Origin: Desulfobacterales bacterium
GTDB taxonomy: Bacteria; Desulfobacterota; Desulfobacteria; Desulfobacterales; SURF-7
DNA length: 64,000 nt
Assembly: GCA_028277765.1 (NCBI GenBank)
Contig: JANQFQ010000051.1
Coordinates: 115,849 to 179,848, forward strand
Direction of reading: 5' to 3'
A program made the position numbers and the translations under genes. This document shows positions 11,364-20,122 of this stretch, in pieces (the first letter of the stretch is position 1; each line of letters starts with the position of its first letter). Under the pieces are notes generated by a model. It did not search any database, was not told the DNA's origin, and saw nothing but the letters and a program-made list of their open reading frames with translations.

Positions 11364-12080
11364 ATGGAAAACATTCACATTCTCATTGCAGAAGACGATC
11401 CAAATATCCGTACCGGTCTTGTTGACACCCTTGAAAGTGAAGGATACACGGTCACGCCGGCTGAAGACGGTAAACAGGCAATGGCGTTATTTAATAAAAA
11501 CGATTTCAGCCTGATTATCCTGGATATTATGATGCCTGAAAAGAGCGGCTATGATGTATGCAGAGAAATTCGGCAAACAAATGAAGAAGTCCCGGTTATT
11601 ATGCTGACAGCTAAAGGAGAAGAGATTGACAAGGTGGTCGGCCTTCAGCTGGGCGCTGATGATTATATTACAAAACCGTTTGGTGTGCATGAACTCCTTG
11701 CCCGGATATCAGCAGTGTTGAGACGGTCAAACCGCTCATCAGCAAAAACAGATGAGTCAGGACCAGACAAATTCTCTTTTGGCAATTCTGAGGTTGATGC
11801 CCTACAATACAGGATGAAGAAAGGGGAAGAAACCTTTGATTTGTCATCAAAGGAATTGGAACTTCTTCGTTTTTTTTATCAGCATCCCGGTGAGGTCTTA
11901 AGCCGGGACCAGCTTTTAAATGCTGTCTGGGGAATCAATTATTTCGGTACCACACGGACCCTTGACCAGCACATTGCCCAGCTTCGAAAAAAAATAGAAG
12001 CAGATCCTGCCAATCCGAACATAATCACAACTGTTCATGGAGTAGGGTACCGATACGAATCCCCCCCCCATATGTCATAA
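11364..12080 (+). CDS. OmpR-family response regulator (receiver + winged-helix)
   Basis: ILIAEDDPNIR...LDIMMP receiver. C-terminal LSSKELELLRFF...GVGYRY winged helix. Immediately downstream of the kinase. Confidence 0.85.
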   Translation: MENIHILIAEDDPNIRTGLVDTLESEGYTVTPAEDGKQAMALFNKNDFSLIILDIMMPEKSGYDVCREIRQTNEEVPVIMLTAKGEEIDKVVGLQLGADDYITKPFGVHELLARISAVLRRSNRSSAKTDESGPDKFSFGNSEVDALQYRMKKGEETFDLSSKELELLRFFYQHPGEVLSRDQLLNAVWGINYFGTTRTLDQHIAQLRKKIEADPANPNIITTVHGVGYRYESPPHMS

Positions 12081-12096
12081 AAATTTTTCTTGGGCT

Positions 12097-12815
12097 AATC
12101 TTGTGCCCATGTCGATTTAATTAATATTGTTGTTTGATTGCGAAAATGGGCGAATACAAGATTCGCCCCTGCAATTAATCTCACCATCATCGAGACAAAT
12201 CAGAATTATGAAACATCCGGATTTATGAATAAAAAAACAGAGCCTTTAAGACTCTGTATCTTTTTGCCAATTATCCAAGCGAAGCATGGAGGAAAGGATC
12301 TGTGTATAAGGAGGTATATCAAGCACGCTGGAACTGCCGTAGAACGAATTCACCCCTCCCCCATGCTTACGCCTATACGTCCGGTTGAGCCGTATGCCAT
12401 TAGGCATCCGTGTCGCGCGGACTTAGAACTCTCCCGGTACTGGCTAGCACTAGCTCATAGTACAATTCCGTTGGTTTGATATGTCCAGCTCGTAGTACAT
12501 ATCAAGGGTAGCCTGAATTAAACCCGTTTATAACTCAAAAAGGGAAAGCTCTTTTATTTAGTCTTTAGAATAACACATGTTGTATGTCAAGTAAAAAATG
12601 ACACAATATATAGTAGATGATCATTTGTTATGAATACGTACTAGATACTGCCGGGATTCATATAAAGACCCTGAGCCCAGCTTAATCCAAGGAACGCGCA
12701 GTAAGCCCAGACTGTATCGCGTTCTACCCCCTTCCGGTTGCATCCTCGTAGAGGCGAATCTTGTATTCGCCCATTTTTGCAATCAAATAACATTATCTGT
12801 TAAATCGACATGGGC
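12097..12815. mobile_element. Non-coding element of about 720 bp bounded by ~65-bp near-perfect terminal inverted repeats (MITE-like). Internal sequence shows long-range complementarity.
   Basis: 12097-12160 (cccatgtcgatttaattaatattgttgtttgattgcgaaaatgggcgaatacaagattcgcccc) is the reverse complement of 12752-12815. No credible ORF inside. Confidence 0.5.
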
Positions 12816-13214
12816 GTATAAGATTCGCCTCTACGATAAATGAATATGTTTACAGTTCACATAAACAGCCATGTTCGTGAGATCACAACAAAGCATGAAA
12901 TACTTACAATTTTATTCAAAAATCCTTCGATCCCCCTTTACAAAAGGGGGAAGTTATATTCCCCTCTTTTTCAAAGAGGGGCTGGGGGAGATTTTTCATT
13001 AAGTTAACATATTGTCTCCCTGGCAGGATAGGATATAATCCGCATATCATACAAATCCTTTGGTAGTGGCGATCCTTGTGTTCGCCCGATTTGTTCAATT
13101 GCAAATTTTCCTGGCTGGGTTATTGTTTGACACCTAACAGTTTTCCCGTTATAACTTTCTTTAGGCTATAAAACCGATAAACAATTGACATTTCAGATAA
13201 ATATAAGCGATACG

Positions 13215-13844
13215 ATGAAAAAACTACTGATAAAATACGGTCAGATACTTGAAAAAAAAGAGCTGGTATGGGGGCATAGCGGCAATATTAGCATTAAAAA
13301 CAGTTCAGATACTTTTTTTATTTCCGCTGGTGGAACAAACCTTGGGGACTTAAAGGAAGAAGATATCATCTCCTGTAAGATTGACAATGATTCTATAACC
13401 AGTAAAAGACGGCCTTCCATGGAAACAGGACTTCACCGCAGGATATATGCTACATGCCAGGATGCAAAAGGAGTGATTCATTCGCAACCCTTTTTTTCAA
13501 CCCTTATGGCCTGTTCTGACCGCGATATCCAGACAGACGTGCTTCCTGAAGCGATGGCCTATCTGGGTAAGGTTGAGAAAATACCTTATCTCCATGCTGG
13601 CAGCAAAGAACTCGCAGATGCTGTTGCGGAACGGGCAGTTGAGAGCACTGCTCTGCTCCTTGAGAATCATGGAGTTGTTTGCTGGGGAAAGTCTATGGAT
13701 GAGGCATTATTAAAAACACAAACACTGGAGTTTTTGTGCCGGCTGCTTACAGTTTCAACGGGCAGCGGCATTAAGATGAAAAACCTGGGTGATGCTGTTA
13801 TGAAGGATTTTATAGCTCATCTTAAGCAACTTGGTATTACATAA
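13215..13844 (+). CDS. Class II aldolase/adducin-family protein
   Basis: Fuculose-phosphate-aldolase-like N-terminus (WGHSGNIS...ISAGGT) and overall length. Confidence 0.65.
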   Translation: MKKLLIKYGQILEKKELVWGHSGNISIKNSSDTFFISAGGTNLGDLKEEDIISCKIDNDSITSKRRPSMETGLHRRIYATCQDAKGVIHSQPFFSTLMACSDRDIQTDVLPEAMAYLGKVEKIPYLHAGSKELADAVAERAVESTALLLENHGVVCWGKSMDEALLKTQTLEFLCRLLTVSTGSGIKMKNLGDAVMKDFIAHLKQLGIT

Positions 13845-13862
13845 CAGGTATAGCCAGATAAT

Positions 13863-15443
13863 ATGGAAAGTATCACAAAAGACGATCCTGCCTGGTTGAA
13901 AAAACATCTTATACTTATTTTAACAGTCCTTCTTTCCCTTGTTTTTATCTTGAAAATAGCTCTGGTCGGTAAAGGCGCTTTTTCTGGAATTGATGAATTC
14001 AGATACATTAACGGCTCCATTCGTGCGATTGAATACCTGTCAGCAGGTCAATTTAATGAATTTGCGACTTCATTATTTAGTACACATGGACGCCCGGGAG
14101 ATGTATTGGTCCGGCTCATACCTGCTGCTATTCAGTATGCCGCGCATTTTGTTTTTGGATGGAATTTGGAAAGCCGTGAATCATTAATCATACCGCAAAT
14201 ATTTAACACGCTTATATCGCTTCTATTGATAATCCTTTTTTATAAAGTCTGCTTGCGGATATTTAGCAATAACCGCGTTATCTCTCTTTCTGCTTCTGTT
14301 TTCTTCGCGCTGCTTATTAACAATAATATTTATATCCGGCATATTTTTCCTTATGACCTGTCAATGGTCTGTTTTCTTGCCGCCTTGTTAATAAGCTTAA
14401 GAGAAGAATCAATAAACAACCGCAAGTACAATGCTTTTATTATAGCGGGAATCTGCACGGGGCTGGGCTTCGCGATTTATCCCGGATATTATGTTTTTAC
14501 TGCGATCATTTTTGGCAGTTTCTTTTATACTCTTTTGCACTCATTTTCAAAAAGAGCATTAATGAATACCGCTATCTTTTTTGGGGCAGTACTTCTGATG
14601 CAGTTTTTTTTCGTGGCCTCGGGGTGGCTCTGCGGTGTCAGTTACATCGGAGAATTAAAGAATCTGACCGGGACTATAAACATGGGAACATATGAAGAGG
14701 GCTTTGCTTTTATCATTAAATACCTGGTCCAGGTGGAATCTATTTCCGGAATGATATTAATACTCTTTAATGTCATTTTTTTCGCTATGCTATTATACAA
14801 ACTGCTCCAGCAAAAAAACATTCGTGTTATTACTAAATTAGAATTCTTGTTTATAATCGCCCTTGCTGGCTATCTGTACCATGCGGTTAATTCTGTTTTC
14901 TTTCAAAAGACAGTTTTTTACGGGCGAATCCTTCATATGTATTTCCCTATTATGGTACTGGCCTTGTTTTCAACAATTGCAACATTCCGCCCAGCAGGGA
15001 TTAGAAACTTCTGCCTGTCTGCTTCTTTAATCGCGGTAGTGATCGCATTTATTTCTTTTTATGTTTCATACCTTGAGCTTGCCTATCCACGGGATGTCCT
15101 TTATCAGCACAATGTCGATACTGCAAAAATTCCTTCAGACAATATTGTGCATGAAAGATATACCCTGTTTTTTAAACCACTCCAGCCAAAGTGGCATATG
15201 TATTCTGGCTACACAGGAAAAGAGGACCCGACAAAATGGATATTTGTTAATTTCAGTATCTGCTACGGTCCCATAAAATTAAGAAATAATGAATATGAGC
15301 CAGCACCTGATATGAAGCGGATCTTCAGCGGCATGCACTCTCAGTCATTTCCCGCATATATGTTTGAAGGGCTTCTTGCTGAAGAGAGAAAAGAATTAAG
15401 AGAAAACCCGATTATTATTTCGATATATGAAAAACAGCAATAA
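13863..15443 (+). CDS. Polytopic membrane protein, GT-C (ArnT/PMT-like) glycosyltransferase-like
   Basis: At least 10 hydrophobic helices with an N-terminal DE/FRY-containing loop. Assignment by architecture only. Confidence 0.45.
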   Translation: MESITKDDPAWLKKHLILILTVLLSLVFILKIALVGKGAFSGIDEFRYINGSIRAIEYLSAGQFNEFATSLFSTHGRPGDVLVRLIPAAIQYAAHFVFGWNLESRESLIIPQIFNTLISLLLIILFYKVCLRIFSNNRVISLSASVFFALLINNNIYIRHIFPYDLSMVCFLAALLISLREESINNRKYNAFIIAGICTGLGFAIYPGYYVFTAIIFGSFFYTLLHSFSKRALMNTAIFFGAVLLMQFFFVASGWLCGVSYIGELKNLTGTINMGTYEEGFAFIIKYLVQVESISGMILILFNVIFFAMLLYKLLQQKNIRVITKLEFLFIIALAGYLYHAVNSVFFQKTVFYGRILHMYFPIMVLALFSTIATFRPAGIRNFCLSASLIAVVIAFISFYVSYLELAYPRDVLYQHNVDTAKIPSDNIVHERYTLFFKPLQPKWHMYSGYTGKEDPTKWIFVNFSICYGPIKLRNNEYEPAPDMKRIFSGMHSQSFPAYMFEGLLAEERKELRENPIIISIYEKQQ

Positions 15444-16594
15444 TGTTTATGAAACGGAAATCAATTAAAATAATAACGAATATTGGAATCACTGCCGCAA
15501 GCTTTGTATTAACATATGCGATTATTATTGCTGGCGTGAAACAGTATGCAAAGCATCTTAATATTAAGAGCCCGCCTTTCCGTTATGAAAACAGTTTAGA
15601 TTTGTGGGACCCAGATCCCCTGACCGGTTATATTAACAAGCCAGGTTTTTCAGGATACAGTTTTGGTAATGTCTCTGTCCGAACAAACAGTCTTGGTTTC
15701 CGGGGTATCAAGCCTGTGGCGGTTTCCAGGGCAGATAACGTTTCCCGCATAATAGGTATTGGTGATTCAGTGATGTGGGGTGTTGGGGTTAACCTTGAGG
15801 ATTCTTTTTTAGGAAGCCTCAGCAAAAAGCTGAACAAAGACGCTCCATTTGAAGTAATAAATGCCGGCGTCATCGGTTATTCTACATACCAGGAAATGAT
15901 GTTTCTTGAGAAATTCGCTTTACCCCTTAAACCTGATATCGTTCTGGTCAATTACTGTAGTAACGATTTTTTACCATCTGAAGATCCATTTAAAAACGCA
16001 AGGTCACTTTTTATTGAATACTTTAGAGACCTTTTAAGCCGCCAGGATATAACATTTACCCAGGACGAGAAATTATACATTGAAAAGCACATTGATATTT
16101 TCGGTAACGCTGAACATGTCTGGCTTTCTCTACAGAAATTATGGGACTCTCAGCCGGAACTGTTTTACCTGAAAATGAAAATATTTCTCAAAATGCCGAT
16201 TGAGCGAATGGTAAAGCGATGCCAAAACGAAAATGTAAGATTGATCTATTTATTTATACCCCCTTCAGATCTCCGTGATCAGTATAAAAAGAACACAGAT
16301 CAATTGAAGAAAGTCCTGCTTGAAAATGGAGCTGAGTTTATTGACGTGCAGTCGGTTCTTGTGCCCGATAAGGAATTGTTGGCAGAAAAAAGATTTAGAA
16401 GTAGACCTATATTAAAACACCTTCGCCCCAAGGAACTGACAGATGTTATAAAAATGATTATGATCCGCCGTGTTCACCAAAGAGACATGTTTATTGATTC
16501 CTGTCATCCAACTATAAAAGGCAACAAAATCATCGCAGAGCATATTTATCAATATCTCACCAGGACAGCACCAGAAAACGCAAAGCAAAGTTAA
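15443..16594 (+). CDS. SGNH/GDSL-family hydrolase with N-terminal membrane anchor
   Basis: Block I GIGDSVMWG and block V DSCHPT(x)G motifs. Confidence 0.65.
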   Translation: MFMKRKSIKIITNIGITAASFVLTYAIIIAGVKQYAKHLNIKSPPFRYENSLDLWDPDPLTGYINKPGFSGYSFGNVSVRTNSLGFRGIKPVAVSRADNVSRIIGIGDSVMWGVGVNLEDSFLGSLSKKLNKDAPFEVINAGVIGYSTYQEMMFLEKFALPLKPDIVLVNYCSNDFLPSEDPFKNARSLFIEYFRDLLSRQDITFTQDEKLYIEKHIDIFGNAEHVWLSLQKLWDSQPELFYLKMKIFLKMPIERMVKRCQNENVRLIYLFIPPSDLRDQYKKNTDQLKKVLLENGAEFIDVQSVLVPDKELLAEKRFRSRPILKHLRPKELTDVIKMIMIRRVHQRDMFIDSCHPTIKGNKIIAEHIYQYLTRTAPENAKQS

Positions 16595-16598
16595 CTTT

Positions 16599-17021
16599 TT
16601 ACTCCTCAGATTGAACAGGCTTCCTCATCTTTTTAATTCTGCTCCGATGACGTTTATTCTCCAGAATCCTTTTTTTTGAAGCAGCCGAGCGTTTTGTCTT
16701 TTTCCGGACTTTGGGTTCTTTTGACGCCTCTTTGATTAGTTCAACCAAGCGGTCGATGGCATCTTCACGGTTTTGGGCCTGCGACCGAAACCGTTCCGCC
16801 CTGATGATAAGAATACCTTCATCTGTTATTCTTCTCCCTGCCAAAGAGACTAGCCGTTCACGGACATCATCAGGCAATGAAGGAGAGCCCTGAACGTCAA
16901 AGCGCAACTGTACGGCTGTGGAAACCTTATTTACGTTCTGCCCCCCTGGACCGGACGCACGCATAAAGTCCATTTTGATTTCACTCTCTTCAAGAGATAT
17001 ATCTGAGCTTATCCATATCAT
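16599..17021 (-). CDS. arfB: Alternative ribosome-rescue factor ArfB (peptidyl-tRNA hydrolase, GGQ)
   Basis: GPGGQNVNKVSTAVQLRF GGQ motif plus basic C-terminal tail; 140 aa. Confidence 0.8.
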   Translation of the reverse strand: MIWISSDISLEESEIKMDFMRASGPGGQNVNKVSTAVQLRFDVQGSPSLPDDVRERLVSLAGRRITDEGILIIRAERFRSQAQNREDAIDRLVELIKEASKEPKVRKKTKRSAASKKRILENKRHRSRIKKMRKPVQSEE

Positions 17022-17407
17022 TTTGTCACTTTATTAACTTAAATCATCCAATTCAACCTGTTATTTACCATGGGTATAAAAAAAACCTCTGACTTAAAAC
17101 CCTCATTTGTTGAAAAACAAATAGTCTGTTTCATGATAACCTCCTTCCGTCTTTGCAAATAATATCTGAACAAAGCGATACATCTACTTAAAGCACTTTT
17201 CTCTAAAGTAATGTTGGGTTTCGCCTCGTCACCATTCATATCACACAAACACATAAATCGGAGATTGGGTTACGTTTTTCAATCCAACAAAAAATTTCGG
17301 CTCTACCCAACCGACTACTCCCACCACGGCCTCCCGCAAGCACAAGAGGTTCTTCGCCTTTAGGACGCTGAATCCTGTCTTCATCAACTTTAGGCACTTC
17401 TTTTTTA

Positions 17408-17490
17408 TGGTGGCCGGAGCGGGAGTTGAACCCGCACGCTTTCGCACAGAGGTCTGAGCTCTGCGTGTCTGCCTGTTCCACCATCCGGCC
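17408..17490 (-). tRNA. tRNA-Leu (anticodon CAG), class II long variable arm
   Basis: Hand fold: acceptor GGCCGGA/TCCGGCC, loop cuCAGac, long variable hairpin, T-arm GCGGG-TTCAACT-CCCGC, CCA encoded. Confidence 0.8.
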
Positions 17491-17503
17491 TTATCTTTAT
17501 CAT

Positions 17504-17592
17504 CTGGTGCGTCGGGATGGACTTGAACCATCAGAGCTACTATAGCACCGGATTTACAGTCCGACCCGCTACCAGTTACGGTTTACCGACGC
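17504..17592 (-). tRNA. tRNA-Tyr (GTA), long variable arm
   Basis: Anticodon loop cuGUAaa, variable hairpin, T-loop TTCAAGT, CCA encoded. Confidence 0.75.
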
Positions 17593-17743
17593 ACAATACT
17601 TAAAAATCCAAAGAACGAAATCCGAACAAATCAGAAATTCAAATGTTCAAATGATCAAAACCCTCATACAAATTAAAAAACTTATAATTAAAAAAATAGC
17701 TGCTCTAAAATATTAAACCATAAAGTTTTGAATTTAATATTTT

Positions 17744-17796
17744 GGTCATTCGTATTTGTTTCGGATTTCGTGCTTCGGATTTCGAATTTTTTCTAT
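17744..17796. repeat. 48-bp repeat copy C (reverse orientation) of the AAATCCGAAGCACGAAATTCGAAATCCGAAAC...ATGACC family
   Basis: Reverse complement matches 19749-19795 and 36327-36372. Forms an inverted pair with the 19749 copy around a 16-tRNA block. Confidence 0.6.
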
Positions 17797-17863
17797 CATA
17801 ATCTAGTCCCCTTTCTAAGATAACTAAAGTTGAATATCCTGAACCATTATGTAAGCTGACGAT

Positions 17864-17937
17864 GGTGGCCCCTGTGAGAATCGAACTCACTTCATGAGAA
17901 TGAAAGTCTCATATCTTAACCAGTAGACGAAGGGGCC
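17864..17937 (-). tRNA. tRNA-Glu (TTC)
   Basis: Acceptor GGCCCCT, conserved CCTTCGTCTA, loop cuUUCau, CCA encoded. Confidence 0.75.
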
Positions 17938-18046
17938 ATACCAGTATTACTTAATTTAATCTCATATGTGCCGAAGATACATAAGCTAATAAGGACTTAA
18001 AATTGTCAGCATACCACAACTTTAGGCACTTAAGGCACTGTTTTTA

Positions 18047-18124
18047 TGGTAGGGGAGCCGGGATTCGAACCCGGAAATTACACTGGGCTTAAACCAGCAG
18101 CATGTGCCGTTCTGCTACTCCCCC
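18047..18124 (-). tRNA. Atypical tRNA, Leu-type anticodon TAA but class-I-like (7-nt variable loop, G13.A22 mismatch)
   Basis: Canonical T-arm CCGGG-TTCGAAT-CCCGG and acceptor. Best anticodon fold gives loop uuUAAgc. No long variable arm. Confidence 0.5.
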
Positions 18125-18135
18125 ATGCTTTTACC

Positions 18136-18212
18136 TGGAGAGCCTGGTGGGACTCGAACCCACATAAAACGATGTTGCAAACCGTCCCCTAACCAATTCG
18201 GGTCACAGGCTC
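18136..18212 (-). tRNA. tRNA-Cys (GCA)
   Basis: Loop uuGCAac, acceptor GAGCCUG/CAGGCUC, CCA encoded. Confidence 0.7.
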
Positions 18213-18291
18213 TGGTGCGGGCACCCGGAGTCGAACCGGGAAAACACATCGGGTTTGAGCCGACGGCATATGCCTATTCTGCCATGCCCGC
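18213..18291 (-). tRNA. Atypical tRNA, anticodon CAA (Leu-type) with short variable loop and 3-bp D-stem
   Basis: Acceptor GCGGGCA/UGCCCGC, loop cuCAAac, T-arm CCCGG-TTCGACT-CCGGG. Resembles the 18047 copy. Confidence 0.5.
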
Positions 18292-18292
18292 A

Positions 18293-18371
18293 TGGTGCCG
18301 GTGGTGGGAGTCGAACCCACAGATTTCACGGGATCTTAACCCGCAGCATATTCCAGTTCTGCTACACCGGC
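18293..18371 (-). tRNA. Atypical tRNA paralogous to 18047..18124 (anticodon loop uuaagau; AAG or shifted)
   Basis: Acceptor GCCGGUG/CACCGGC, D-arm GCAG-aacuggaauau-GCUGC, T-arm GUGGG-TTCGACT-CCCAC. Anticodon assignment uncertain. Confidence 0.45.
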
Positions 18372-18380
18372 TCTTTTTTA

Positions 18381-18457
18381 TGGCGCCCTGTACGGGATTT
18401 GAACCCGTGATACCAGATCGACAATCTAGCGTGATCGCCTGACTTCACTAACAGGGC
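18381..18457 (-). tRNA. tRNA-Asp (GTC)
   Basis: Loop uuGUCga, acceptor GCCCUGU/ACAGGGC, CCA encoded. Confidence 0.75.
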
Positions 18458-18467
18458 ATATTTCTCA

Positions 18468-18543
18468 TGGCAGGGGCGGAAGGATTCGAACCTTCAATTT
18501 ACGGCGTCAAAGGCCGCTGTGTTGCCAGTTTCACCACACCCCT
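18468..18543 (-). tRNA. tRNA-Gln (TTG)
   Basis: Loop cuUUGac, T-arm GAAGG-TTCGAAT-CCTTC, CCA encoded. Confidence 0.7.
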
Positions 18544-18656
18544 TTTTAAAAGCAGTTATAAGTTACAAGTGCCTTAAGTTAATGTATCGCTTCGCTCTGT
18601 CATCTTTAAACATACAAATTGTTAGAATTCATTCACTTAAGGCACTGCCTTTTACC

Positions 18657-18731
18657 TGGAGCGAGTAACCGGAATCGAACCGGTGTTTCAAGCTTGGAAG
18701 GCTTGCACTCTACCTGTTGAGTTATACTCGC
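18657..18731 (-). tRNA. tRNA-Gly (TCC)
   Basis: Loop cuUCCaa, acceptor GCGAGUA/UACUCGC. Confidence 0.75.
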
Positions 18732-18732
18732 T

Positions 18733-18806
18733 TGGAGCGAATGGCGGGAATTGAACCCGCGTTTCAACCATGGCAAGGTTGTGTTCTCCCCCTGAACTAC
18801 ATTCGC
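18733..18806 (-). tRNA. tRNA-Gly (GCC)
   Basis: Loop uuGCCau, acceptor GCGAAUG/CAUUCGC. Confidence 0.75.
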
Positions 18807-18807
18807 A

Positions 18808-18884
18808 TGGTGGAACGGATTGGAATTGAACCAATGACGCTTAGGGCTTCAACCTAACGCTCTACCAGCTTGAGCTACCGTTCC
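18808..18884 (-). tRNA. tRNA-Phe (GAA)
   Basis: Loop uuGAAgc, canonical D-arm AGCUCAAGCUGGUAGAGC. Confidence 0.8.
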
Positions 18885-18920
18885 ACAATCTTATATTTTT
18901 ACCATTGGCATAAGTTTCGT

Positions 18921-18955
18921 TTGAATAGTAAACTACACTATTCAACTCAGCTTTA
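18921..18955. promoter_or_regulatory. Palindrome TTGAATAGT-N7-ACTATTCAA followed by CTCAGCTTTAT, copy 1 of 2 (abuts the tRNA-Val 3' end)
   Basis: 9-bp perfect inverted repeat. The same ~35-bp sequence recurs at 33384-33419 directly in front of the rtcR start codon. Confidence 0.5.
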
Positions 18956-19032
18956 TGGTAGGACGAGCGGGATTCGAACCCGCATCCTTCTGCTTGTAAG
19001 GCAGATGCTCATCGCAATTGAGCTATCGTCCT
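18956..19032 (-). tRNA. tRNA-Val (TAC)
   Basis: Loop cuUACaa, T-arm GCGGG-TTCGAAT-CCCGC, CCA encoded. Confidence 0.75.
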
Positions 19033-19075
19033 GTGTTTTACTTTTATCTCCTTCATCATTGTATTACTCTAAAAA

Positions 19076-19181
19076 ATGGCCTGCCATACGTAGCTCGTTG
19101 CTATTTTGCCCTTAGCCCTCCTTCGCTAAAGCTATGGAGGGCACCATCCTTCTTCATCGCTCTGCTCTGAGCGAAGGATGG
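19076..19181. repeat. tRNA-array structured repeat (TASR) copy a: three-hairpin ~105-bp element abutting the tRNA 3' CCA
   Basis: Consensus ATGGCCAGCCAT...GCCCTCC-gtcgctaaagctat-GGAGGGC...CCATCCTTC-n-GAAGGATGG. Six copies at 19076, 20751, 20961, 21420, 21581 and 21822. Confidence 0.65.
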
Positions 19182-19258
19182 TGGAGGCACCGGTAGGATT
19201 TGAACCCACAACCAACTGCTTACAAGGCAGCTGCTCTTGTCCGTTGAGCTATGGTGCC
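19182..19258 (-). tRNA. tRNA-Thr (TGT)
   Basis: Loop cuUGUaa; CCA encoded and followed by a second CCA belonging to the repeat. Confidence 0.7.
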
Positions 19259-19297
19259 TTTCTTCTTTTTTATCTTTTACCCATCCAATTTTTCTTT

Positions 19298-19369
19298 TGG
19301 CACACCGGTAAGGAATCGAACCCTAGCCTACTGGTTTGGAGCCAGCCTGGTCACCATGACCTCCGGTGC
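19298..19369 (-). tRNA. tRNA-Trp-like (CCA) with aberrant D-arm (3-nt D-loop)
   Basis: Loop cuCCAaa, acceptor GCACCGG/CCGGUGU with G.U pairs, T-arm UAGGG-TTCGATT-CCUUA. D-arm collapses to GGUCA-ugg-UGACC. Confidence 0.5.
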
Positions 19370-19475
19370 GCATTTCATTACTTCTTTCCTGATGTTGTGC
19401 CTATAAAATGGCAGCGCTGAAAGCGCACCACAACTTAAGGCACTTGTAACTTATAACTTAAGCCACTTTATTATC

Positions 19476-19550
19476 TGGTCGGAGAGGAGGGACTTGAACC
19501 CCCAACTACGTGGCCCCAAACCACGCCGTCTCCCAATTGACTCACTCTCC
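19476..19550 (-). tRNA. tRNA-Pro (TGG)
   Basis: Starts CGGAGAG, loop uuUGGgg, CCA encoded. Confidence 0.7.
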
Positions 19551-19589
19551 GATTTTTCTATGAACATAAAATATGCTCCTGTTTATACA

Positions 19590-19667
19590 TGGGGTGTCGG
19601 AGGGGATTCGAACCCCCAACTACCTGAGCCACAATCAGGCGCTCTCCCCGTTGAGTCTACCGACACC
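19590..19667 (-). tRNA. tRNA-His (GTG) with genomically encoded G-1
   Basis: Loop uuGUGgc; extra 5' G opposite discriminator C; CCA encoded. Confidence 0.8.
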
Positions 19668-19748
19668 ATAAAAATGACAATACGCTTTCTTTTTTAGTTT
19701 CTAAGAAGTCACTCCTTTGCGTTAAAATATCTTGCTACCATTCTTGTT

Positions 19749-19795
19749 TAAAATCCGAAGCACGAAATTCGAAATCCGAAACAATATCAAATGAC
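19749..19795. repeat. 48-bp repeat copy A (forward) AAATCCGAAGCACGAAATTCGAAATCCGAAACAATATCAAATGACC
   Basis: Near-identical to 36327-36372 and reverse-complementary to 17744-17796. Confidence 0.6.
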
Positions 19796-19962
19796 CGAAA
19801 TACAAATTTCCGAAACACAAAAACATTTTGTTTTATAAAATCCAATGTTTTGAAAGTTTTAAAATTCGATATTCGGATTTAAAATTATCGTCATTAACTG
19901 TTCCCATAAATTACCTGCTAAATACCTTTCCTTATAAACGAGACTTTTTACAGTTTTGGTTT

Positions 19963-20038
19963 TGGCTGTGAGGGTCGGATTCGAACCGACGATTTCCTGA
20001 TTAACAGTCAGGCTCCTTGCCAGCTAGGATACCTCACA
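19963..20038 (-). tRNA. tRNA-Asn (GTT)
   Basis: Loop cuGUUaa, D-arm UCCU-agcuggca-AGGA, CCA encoded. Confidence 0.7.
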
Positions 20039-20122
20039 GCATGTTATCCTTTACAGCATTGCCCCAGCCCGCTGCCGCGATGTGTTCATCGCGGCAGCTT
20101 GATACTTTGAGCAATATACGGC

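Noticed and set aside
12350-12440. Possible group II intron domain V (GAGCCGTATGCC...)
   Set aside because: The 3' strand does not match the ACGUACGGUUC consensus and no IEP or domain VI is present; similarity is superficial.
12138-12479. 113-aa ORF inside the IR-bounded element
   Set aside because: No domain, no RBS, and it lies in sequence with strong RNA-like self-complementarity. Treated as non-coding.
12100-12800. tmRNA, RNase P RNA, SRP RNA
   Set aside because: Looked for GGGGCUGAUUCUGGAUUCGAC / UCCACCA (tmRNA), AGGAAAGUCCGGGCUCC (RNase P) and the SRP helix-8 motif; none found.
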